Assembly: GCA_944377145.1 (NCBI GenBank)
Contig: CALWEH010000007.1
Span: 91,099 to 155,098, forward strand
Length of the DNA: 64,000 nt
Direction: 5' to 3'
DNA from: an uncultured Clostridia bacterium
GTDB taxonomy: Bacteria; Bacillota; Clostridia; Christensenellales; UBA1242
The notes under the pieces were generated by a model that saw nothing but the letters and a program-made list of their open reading frames with translations, ran no database searches and was not told the DNA's origin. Below, piece after piece: positions 19,085 through 26,637 of this stretch; the stretch's first letter is position 1; the number at the start of each line of letters is the position of its first letter. Position numbers and translations under genes: made by a program.

Positions 19085-20092
19085 ATGATTAAAGTTATTG
19101 TGGGTTTTATATTAAGTTTTTTAATTTCTCTAATTCTTATGCCTTTTATAATAAAATTAATACATAAACTTAGTTGCTCACAAACAATTTTAAAATATGT
19201 TGAAGAACATAAATCAAAACAAGGTACTGCTACTATGGGAGGGGTAGTATTCTTCTTATCTACACTAATTGTGGCGTTAATTATGATAGAATACAATACT
19301 CCTATAGCTGTATGTATTGGAGTTGGATTAGGTTTTTCATTAATAGGATTAATGGACGATTATATAAAGGTTCATTTTAAGCAAAATCAAGGGCTATTGC
19401 CATATCAAAAAATTATAGGACAAGTAGGCATTGCTGTTATTTTTGCTTGTTATATATATTTCTTTTCTCCTAATAAAGGAATAATATATTTACCATTTAC
19501 TTTTAAAGCTATTGATTTAGGAGTATGGGTTATTCCACTTGTTATAATTGTATGTTTAGCTACTACTAATAGTGTAAATTTAACAGATGGTTTAGATGGT
19601 TTGGCTGGTGGTGTGAGTGTATTTTATTCTGGGATAATGATTGCACTTATATCAATATTTGCTACTATAACATACAATTTAGGCTCAAGCGATAGTTTTG
19701 TAGCGATGTATCAAAATTTAGCTATTTTATTAGCTATATTTATGGGTTCAATTATGGCCTTTTTAATATTTAATACTAATAAAGCATCTATATTTATGGG
19801 AGATGTTGGCTCTTTAGGAATTGGAGGATTATTTGCTTCAACTGCCTGCTTAGCTGGATTTGAATTTATTTTGGCTATTATAGGTATTATGTTTGTAATA
19901 TCAGCTCTTTCAGTTATTATTCAAGTGGCATATTTTAAAAAGACAGGTAAAAGAATATTTAAAATGGCTCCTATACATCACCATTTTCAAATGTCTGGAT
20001 ATACAGAAGCTAAAATAGGATATGTTTATCAAATAATTACTCTTATAATAGGACTTCTAACTATATTATTAACTTTATGCTTTGCTTTTTAA
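19085..20092 (+). CDS. mraY: Phospho-N-acetylmuramoyl-pentapeptide transferase MraY
   Basis: NLTDGLDGLA, MGDVGSLGIGG, APIHHHF. Confidence 0.95.
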   Translation: MIKVIVGFILSFLISLILMPFIIKLIHKLSCSQTILKYVEEHKSKQGTATMGGVVFFLSTLIVALIMIEYNTPIAVCIGVGLGFSLIGLMDDYIKVHFKQNQGLLPYQKIIGQVGIAVIFACYIYFFSPNKGIIYLPFTFKAIDLGVWVIPLVIIVCLATTNSVNLTDGLDGLAGGVSVFYSGIMIALISIFATITYNLGSSDSFVAMYQNLAILLAIFMGSIMAFLIFNTNKASIFMGDVGSLGIGGLFASTACLAGFEFILAIIGIMFVISALSVIIQVAYFKKTGKRIFKMAPIHHHFQMSGYTEAKIGYVYQIITLIIGLLTILLTLCFAF

Positions 20093-20151
20093 ATAAATTT
20101 TGTAATTAAGTTATTAAATTTAAATTAAATTAATATATTTAAATATAATAT

Positions 20152-21258
20152 ATGATTAAGTCTTATAAGAATTCAATAATAATTGGTTTGTGTACAATAT
20201 TTTTAGTGATTGTTGGTATTGTAATGGTATATAGTGCCAGCAAATATTCTGCCACTTTAAATTATAACGACCAATTTTTTTATATGAAAAAACAGTTGAT
20301 TGGAGGAATATTAGGATTAGGTGCATTAATTGCAACATCTTTAATAAACCACAAAATATATAAAAAGTTTTATATTGTAGCTTATATAATTGGGGCTGTT
20401 TTATTGGCTTTAGTATTTGTTCCATTTTTATCAAAATCTAGTTATGGAGCTACACGCTGGATTAATATTGGAGGATTTACAATTCAGCCTAGTGAAATTG
20501 CTAAATTTTGTTTGGTTTTATTTTTAAGCGTAGTATTGTCTAAAGGAAAAGATATTAACAAACCAAGCAAATTGTTAACAGTATTATTTGCAGGGTTAAT
20601 TTATTGTGTTCTTATTATGTTAGAACCTAATATGTCTATTACAATTTGTGTTGGTTTAACAATAGTGTTTATGCTTTTTATGGGTGGGTTAAATATTAAA
20701 ACTTTTTTACTAGGTGCTATTCCTATAATATTATTAGGGGTAGGGTTGGTATTGCTTGAACCATATAGATTAAGGCGTATTGTAGCATTTATTAATCCTT
20801 GGGAAAATCCTTTAGAAGAAGGCTATCAACTAATACAATCTCTATATGCCATTTCAAGTGGAGGATTGTTTGGAGTTGGGTTATTTAATAGCCGTCAAGC
20901 ACAATTATTTTTACCTTTTGCTGAAAGTGATTTTATATTTTCTATTATATGTGAAGAATTAGGGTTTATTGGCGGAGGTATAATATTATTAATATATTTA
21001 TTATTAATAATTACTATTATAAAAACAGGAATAAAAGCAAAAAATAAGTTTTCAGCATTTTTATGCCTTGGAATTGCTAGTGTGTTAGGAATACAAACAG
21101 TGCTAAACATTTGCGTTGTATCAGGGCTAATTCCTCCTACAGGATTGCCTTTACCATTTATTTCAGCAGGTAGTACTTCAATAGTTGTATTTATGGCTGC
21201 AATGGGAATAGTTATAAATGTAGATAGGCAAAATAATAAAGTTGAAACTAATTCTTAA
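20152..21258 (+). CDS. ftsW: SEDS protein FtsW/SpoVE (peptidoglycan glycosyltransferase)
   Basis: 10-TM SEDS pattern (QPSEIAKF, ESDFIFSIICEELGFIGG, GLPLPFISAGSTS). Confidence 0.9.
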   Translation: MIKSYKNSIIIGLCTIFLVIVGIVMVYSASKYSATLNYNDQFFYMKKQLIGGILGLGALIATSLINHKIYKKFYIVAYIIGAVLLALVFVPFLSKSSYGATRWINIGGFTIQPSEIAKFCLVLFLSVVLSKGKDINKPSKLLTVLFAGLIYCVLIMLEPNMSITICVGLTIVFMLFMGGLNIKTFLLGAIPIILLGVGLVLLEPYRLRRIVAFINPWENPLEEGYQLIQSLYAISSGGLFGVGLFNSRQAQLFLPFAESDFIFSIICEELGFIGGGIILLIYLLLIITIIKTGIKAKNKFSAFLCLGIASVLGIQTVLNICVVSGLIPPTGLPLPFISAGSTSIVVFMAAMGIVINVDRQNNKVETNS

Positions 21259-21317
21259 TATATTATTAAAATTAACAATATTTTAACCTAAATGTTTTGT
21301 AATTCATATACTGAATT

Positions 21318-22580
21318 ATGAATACATATCAAGATAAGTTTATAATTATAGGTGGCAACAGTTTAAATGGTTGCATTAATGTTCAAACTAGCAAAAATTC
21401 TATATTACCAATATTAGCAGGTTGTGTGTTATGCGATAAACAAGTGGTTATAAAAAAAGTGCCTAAATTGCTGGATATTGATAATATGTTTAAAATTTTA
21501 CAAGGAATAGGGGTAAAGATTGTTGAGGGTGATGATGAATGTATTATAGATTCATCAAATATTTGCTCAAACACTCTTAACCAAGACTTATGCAAAACCC
21601 TTCGCTCTTCTATTTTTTTGTTAGGAGCTTTGCTTGCAAGAACTCGTCAAGCTGTTATTTCATATCCAGGTGGTTGCGATATAGGAAATCGTCCTATAGA
21701 TTTGCATTTAACAGGTTTAGAAGAATTGGGGGTTAAAATATTAAAACGCCATAGTTTAATATATTGCGATGCTAAAGATATGCATAGTGGTACAGTACAA
21801 CTTGATTTTCCAAGTGTTGGTGCCACAGAAAATCTTATGATGGCATCAGTATTTTTAAATGGGGTAACCATATTAAATAATGTTGCAAAAGAACCAGAAA
21901 TAGTTGATTTGCAAAACTTTTTAAATAGTATGGGGTGTAAAATTTCAGGTGCTGGCACTTCCCAAATTACTATAGAAGGTGTGAATAATTTACATAGTAC
22001 ACAATATACGCCAATAAGTGATAGAATAGTAGAGGGTACTTTGATGATTGCTACAGCTATTACAGGCGGAAATGTTGTGCTTAAAAATGCTAATTATAAA
22101 AATAATGAAAGTTTAATTGCAAAACTTTCGTCAGTTGGTTGTCAAATAGATGTTAAAAGTGATATAATAAATATAACTTCAAAAGGCAGACCTCAATCAA
22201 TAGATTTAATTGATACTCAAGTATATCCAGGTTTTCCAACAGATTTGCAAGCTCAAATGATGGCGCTACAATCTGTAAGTGATGGAGTTAGCATTATTTG
22301 TGAAAATGTGTTTGAAAACAGATATAAGCATGCAAAAGAATTGAATAAAATGGGAGCGAATATAATTTTGCGTGATAGAGTGGCTGTAATAAAAGGAGTA
22401 GATGAGTTAACTGGTGCTCCTGTAGATGCGTATGATTTGCGAGGAGGAGCAGGGTTAGTATTGGCTGGATTAAAGGCAAAGGGATATACAACAGTAAATA
22501 ATATATATCACATTGATAGGGGTTATGATCATTTTGAAAATATATTGAGTGAATTGGGTGCAGATATTAAACGAATATGA
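21318..22580 (+). CDS. murA: UDP-N-acetylglucosamine 1-carboxyvinyltransferase MurA
   Basis: Active-site loop PGGCDIGNRPIDLH and the overall EPT fold pattern. Confidence 0.95.
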   Translation: MNTYQDKFIIIGGNSLNGCINVQTSKNSILPILAGCVLCDKQVVIKKVPKLLDIDNMFKILQGIGVKIVEGDDECIIDSSNICSNTLNQDLCKTLRSSIFLLGALLARTRQAVISYPGGCDIGNRPIDLHLTGLEELGVKILKRHSLIYCDAKDMHSGTVQLDFPSVGATENLMMASVFLNGVTILNNVAKEPEIVDLQNFLNSMGCKISGAGTSQITIEGVNNLHSTQYTPISDRIVEGTLMIATAITGGNVVLKNANYKNNESLIAKLSSVGCQIDVKSDIINITSKGRPQSIDLIDTQVYPGFPTDLQAQMMALQSVSDGVSIICENVFENRYKHAKELNKMGANIILRDRVAVIKGVDELTGAPVDAYDLRGGAGLVLAGLKAKGYTTVNNIYHIDRGYDHFENILSELGADIKRI

Positions 22581-23458
22581 CAAAACGTTCAATTATTATA
22601 ACAACTAGTATTATTTTAGGTATATTGGTAGTTATCACCATATTATTTGGTGCTGTTTTTCGTGTGAGAAAAGTAAAAGTTGATTTTACACAAGATTTTT
22701 ATTATAAAGCTCAAATTAACGAAATAATATCAGCAAGTAATATAAAAAAGGGAGAGGGTATTTTTAGTGTAGACACAACTAAAGCAAAGGAAAATATTGA
22801 AAAAGAATTTCCTTATGCTCGTGTTGATGGAGTTAATTTAACTAGTTTTATTAGTGTAACAATATCTCTTTCTACTCGACAGCCTTTATATTATGCTGTA
22901 CAAGAGGGAATATACTATATTTTAGATGAAGATTGTAAAGTTTTAGATATTATTAATGATAGAGAAGAAGCAGAGAAGTATATTTGGCTAGAAAATGCTT
23001 TTGAAATTGGACAAGATGTAGAGGTTGGAGATTTTTTGAATGGAAATAATTCTTCTGCTTGTACAAAATTATATTTAGCTTTATATTCAAATGCTACTTT
23101 AAAGCTAAGAGATGTTGACAATGATGGAATTTTAGATGAGCATTATTTGGAAAGAGAGGATATGCTAAATGTTTTAGATAGTGTAGAATTTGCAACCCCT
23201 GTTGATGATTTAACTTATGGGAAAATTGATAAAATTATATTAACTACATCTTCAAATTATGGTGTAAAAATTGAAATAACAGATACATCAAGGCAACTTG
23301 ATTTAAAAGTAAATATGGCATTTTCAGCTTTGAGGAAATTGATAGAGGAAGATGAAAAAAATGGAACACAGTTAGCAAAAACGGGTAGCATTATAGTAAG
23401 ATATTCGTACGATGAAAATAATGCAATTAGTTTAGCTTGCGAGTATAGGCAAAGTTAG
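22577..23458 (+). CDS. ftsQ: FtsQ/DivIB-like cell-division protein
   Basis: N-terminal TM helix plus a POTRA-like segment. Positioned before ftsA. The start overlaps the murA stop (ATGA). Confidence 0.65.
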   Translation: MTKRSIIITTSIILGILVVITILFGAVFRVRKVKVDFTQDFYYKAQINEIISASNIKKGEGIFSVDTTKAKENIEKEFPYARVDGVNLTSFISVTISLSTRQPLYYAVQEGIYYILDEDCKVLDIINDREEAEKYIWLENAFEIGQDVEVGDFLNGNNSSACTKLYLALYSNATLKLRDVDNDGILDEHYLEREDMLNVLDSVEFATPVDDLTYGKIDKIILTTSSNYGVKIEITDTSRQLDLKVNMAFSALRKLIEEDEKNGTQLAKTGSIIVRYSYDENNAISLACEYRQS

Positions 23459-23625
23459 TTTGAATAAAGCACATAAGGTGCTTTATTTTTAAATAATTAT
23501 TCAAATTTAAATAGTGTAAATATAAAAAAATATATAAAAATATGTCAAAATTGCTCAAAAGTGTTTGACTTGTATATTTTAAATAAATTATAATATAAAT
23601 ATAAATTAGGCATTAAGGTGATTGT

Positions 23626-24732
23626 ATGAAAAATTTGACATACATTTTTGATATTGGGTCCTCTAAAATTAGCCTACTTGCATGCAATATACACAAAGGA
23701 AGGGCGATTATTGTAACTAGTGTTGAAAAGCTGTATGATGGTTTTATGGATGGAGAGTTTTTTTCCACTAATGATTTACCTGACATATTTAACGATATAG
23801 TGCAAAATATGAATGAAAAAATAGGTGGTAAAATTACTAGTGCATATATTGGTGTTCCTAGTGAATTTAGTGCTTGCGTTTGTAAAAGGGTTACACGGAA
23901 TTTCACGCAATCAAAAAAGTTGAATGAAGAAGAGATTGTTAAATTATTTGATGGGGTGAATGATTATTCTAAATATGCTGATTATACTGTAATAAATTAT
24001 AGTGCATTACAATACATCGCAGATGGGGTGCCTAGAAGGTCAATAGTAAATGTTCGCTTGAATGAACTTGTTATGGATTGTTCATATATTTTAGTGAAAA
24101 ATAGTTTTATAGAATTAATGCAAAATTGCTGTAAAAGATGTGGAATTGAGAGCGTAGACTTTGTTTCAACAGCTTTAGCTCAAGCTCAGCTTGTAATGCA
24201 AGATGTTGAAGATGTATTAAAGCCTGTTGCAATAGTTGATGTTGGGCATATTACTACAAGTGTGGCAATAGCTAAAGGAGAGGGATTATTAATGCTTAGT
24301 TCTTTCTCATTAGGAGGAGGGCATATTACTGCAGATTTAATTCAAATAGGTAACCAAAGCTATCAAGATGCAGAATTAATTAAACATAAAGTATCTCTTA
24401 CAATTCAAAGCAAGAAAGATGAAAGATATATTGTGTATAACAAAGGCAAAACAATTAGCACACTTATAAATATAACAAATGATATTGTTACTTCTAGGAT
24501 AGAAAATATAGCTCATGTTATAAATCAAGTATTAAGTGTAGACGATAGCTTTAAAAACATTCCAATTTATTTGACAGGTGATGGATTATGCAACTTTAGA
24601 GGAGTTAAAAATTTATTAGAAGTAGTTACAAATCGAAAAATATATATGTTTACAACGAATTTGGATAATGGAAAAGACAAATACCAAACATCAAAAATAG
24701 GATTAGCCAATTTAATAGGTGATTTAATATAG
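23626..24732 (+). CDS. ftsA: FtsA-like actin-family cell-division protein (short, divergent)
   Basis: Actin-fold phosphate motifs (FDIGSSKISLL, VDVGHITTSVAI, GDGL). Lies immediately upstream of ftsZ. Confidence 0.75.
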   Translation: MKNLTYIFDIGSSKISLLACNIHKGRAIIVTSVEKLYDGFMDGEFFSTNDLPDIFNDIVQNMNEKIGGKITSAYIGVPSEFSACVCKRVTRNFTQSKKLNEEEIVKLFDGVNDYSKYADYTVINYSALQYIADGVPRRSIVNVRLNELVMDCSYILVKNSFIELMQNCCKRCGIESVDFVSTALAQAQLVMQDVEDVLKPVAIVDVGHITTSVAIAKGEGLLMLSSFSLGGGHITADLIQIGNQSYQDAELIKHKVSLTIQSKKDERYIVYNKGKTISTLINITNDIVTSRIENIAHVINQVLSVDDSFKNIPIYLTGDGLCNFRGVKNLLEVVTNRKIYMFTTNLDNGKDKYQTSKIGLANLIGDLI

Positions 24733-24741
24733 GAGGTTATT

Positions 24742-25923
24742 ATGGAAGGTAATTATAACAATATATGTAACATTAAAGTAATAGGCGTTGGAGGAGCTGG
24801 TAATAATGCTGTAAATAGAATGATAGAAGCAGGAATTACAAGTGCTTATTTTGTAGCAGTTAATACAGATCAACAAGTGCTTAATGTGAGTAAGGCTGAT
24901 AAAACTATTACTTTAGGAGCTAAGATTACAAAAGGTTTGGGTGCTGGAGCAAGACCTGAAATTGGTAGAGCGGCAGTAGAAGAAAGCGAACAAGAAATAA
25001 AAGACATGTTAGAAGGTAGTAATCTAGTATTTGTTACATGTGGTTTGGGTGGCGGAACAGGTACAGGCGCTGCGCCAATTATTGCAAAATTATCTAAAGA
25101 AATGGGAATTCTTACAATAGGTGTTGTAACAAAACCTTTTGCTTTTGAAGGCGTAACAAGGCAAAGAAATGCTGAGCAAGGATTAAACGAATTGAGAAAA
25201 TATGTAGATACATTGGTTATTATTCCAAACGAAAAATTATCTAAAATTTTGAAGAAAGGTACTTCTTTGGTAGATGCTTTTAGATATGCGGATGATGTGT
25301 TGCGTCAAGGAATTCAAGGTGTGTCAGAATTGATTGTTAAACCAAGTTTAATAAATCTTGATTTTGCAGATGTATCTACAATTATGAAAAATAAAGGTTT
25401 AGCTCACATGGGCATTGGTAAAGGAAGAGGCGAGTATAAAACTATGGAAGCAGTTCGTCAAGCTGTTACAAGCCAATTATTAGATACATCTATAGAAGGT
25501 GCAACAGGTATTTTAATAAATATAACAGGCGGAAGAGATCTATCTCTTGCAGAAATATATGAGGCGGTAGATTTGGTAAGAGATGTAGTTGATAGTGAGT
25601 GTAATATAATATTTGGAGCTACTATTGATGAAAATATGAATGGAGAAGTTCAGGTTACAGTAATAGCTACAGGTTTTGATATGGATAAAAATGCTCAACA
25701 AGAAGAACAGTTAGCTAATAATTATAACAATATACCTAATATATCCAACAACGAGCAAATACCTCAAGAACAATATCAGGAAAATTTAGAAGAAAATGAA
25801 GAAGATGATTTTACAGATGAAAATCTAGAAGCCCAGGCAAAAATTGAAGACATCTCTTTTGATAGTAAAGTAGATATAGGAGATAGTTCAATTCCTCCAT
25901 TTTTACGCAAATTAAAAAAATAG
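24742..25923 (+). CDS. ftsZ: Cell-division GTPase FtsZ
   Basis: GVGGAGNNAVNRM, the GGGTGTGAAP signature, and the conserved C-terminal peptide IPPFLRK. Confidence 0.98.
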   Translation: MEGNYNNICNIKVIGVGGAGNNAVNRMIEAGITSAYFVAVNTDQQVLNVSKADKTITLGAKITKGLGAGARPEIGRAAVEESEQEIKDMLEGSNLVFVTCGLGGGTGTGAAPIIAKLSKEMGILTIGVVTKPFAFEGVTRQRNAEQGLNELRKYVDTLVIIPNEKLSKILKKGTSLVDAFRYADDVLRQGIQGVSELIVKPSLINLDFADVSTIMKNKGLAHMGIGKGRGEYKTMEAVRQAVTSQLLDTSIEGATGILINITGGRDLSLAEIYEAVDLVRDVVDSECNIIFGATIDENMNGEVQVTVIATGFDMDKNAQQEEQLANNYNNIPNISNNEQIPQEQYQENLEENEEDDFTDENLEAQAKIEDISFDSKVDIGDSSIPPFLRKLKK

Positions 25924-25924
25924 T

Positions 25925-25955
25925 AAAAACAGTTTGGATTTCCCAAACTGTTTTT
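25925..25955. terminator. Intrinsic terminator after ftsZ (bidirectional)
   Basis: A5-CAGTTTGG-loop-CCAAACTG-T5. Confidence 0.8.
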
Positions 25956-25957
25956 AA

Positions 25958-26158
25958 TTATTGACCTCTAGAATGACGAATTATTTTTTCAAGTAAAGCT
26001 ACAGCAAAATACATTCCAGCTGCTAGTGTGCAAAGAATTACAACACTTGTCATAACAAGGTCAAGGTTAAATACTTGCCCTCCATATATTAGCAGATATC
26101 CTATACCAGCTTTACAAGCTAAATATTCACCCATTATAGAGCCAATCCAAGTCAACAC
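25958..26158 (-). pseudogene. 5'-truncated duplicate of the 3' end of the ABC permease gene (last ~63 codons)
   Basis: 25958-26149 aligns without gaps to 28128-28319 (offset 2170). An in-frame TGA lies immediately upstream. No RBS, and the rest of the gene is absent. Confidence 0.9.
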
Positions 26159-26383
26159 TCAATAAGTCGCTTTTCAGAACCACAACATACAGCCATAAAT
26201 CAAACAATTAAAGCACAATATGTAGTATATTGCCACACAAAAGCGACAAATTGATAGGTTGTCATTAAGCCAATTTGACTTTTTATAGTGATGAGTTAGC
26301 GAAAAAGTGGATTTTTTTTAGAGTAAAATTTTCAAGAAAAAAGTATGTTTTTTATATAAAATGATACACTTTTTAAAAATATG

Positions 26384-26392
26384 TGTTATAAT
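26384..26392 (+). promoter_or_regulatory. Candidate extended -10 promoter P1 (TGtTATAAT)
   Basis: TGTTATAAT at 26384-26392 with a weak -35. It would produce an mRNA that includes the AGGAG RBS and the leader ORF. Confidence 0.4.
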
Positions 26393-26428
26393 AATATTGT
26401 CGAAAAATAAAAAAGTAGTTAAAAAGGT

Positions 26429-26457
26429 TTGACAGGGTAATAGGAGTTTGGGATAAT
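26429..26457 (+). promoter_or_regulatory. Near-consensus sigma-A promoter P2 (TTGACA-N17-GATAAT with TGg extension)
   Basis: TTGACA at 26429-26434, a 17-nt spacer ending in TGG, and GATAAT at 26452-26457. The predicted start is about 26463-26465, at the first repeat units. Confidence 0.55.
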
Positions 26458-26581
26458 GTTTACAAACAAACAAACAAACAAACAAACAAACAAACAAACA
26501 AACAAGGCTAATTACGCCTTAAATCTTTTTAACGCAATAAATATAAATTTAACACTAAACAATATGGTTGGACTTGTTTAG
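26456..26581 (+). CDS. Putative 41-aa leader peptide containing the tetranucleotide repeat (MF(TNKQ)3TNK ANYALNLFNAININLTLNNMVGLV)
   Basis: AGGAG at 26442-26446 lies 9 nt before ATG 26456. The ORF runs through the repeat and the terminator's 5' arm and loop, and stops at TAG 26579-26581 inside the 3' arm. It is mutually exclusive with a start from P2. Confidence 0.3.
   Translation: MFTNKQTNKQTNKQTNKANYALNLFNAININLTLNNMVGLV
26462..26505 (+). repeat. Perfect tetranucleotide microsatellite (ACAA)11, equivalently (CAAA)10 plus CAA
   Basis: Counted directly: 44 nt, no interruption, G- and T-free on the + strand. Confidence 0.98.
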
Positions 26582-26590
26582 TGTTTTTTT
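26551..26590 (+). terminator. Strong intrinsic terminator between the repeat unit and the lipoprotein gene
   Basis: Perfect 11-bp stem AACACTAAACA (26551-26561) / TGTTTAGTGTT (26575-26585), a 13-nt loop, followed by a T-run. Confidence 0.8.
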
Positions 26591-26637
26591 GTATTTAAAA
26601 TCAAGATTTAAGATAAAATAAATAAAAGGAGAAAAGA

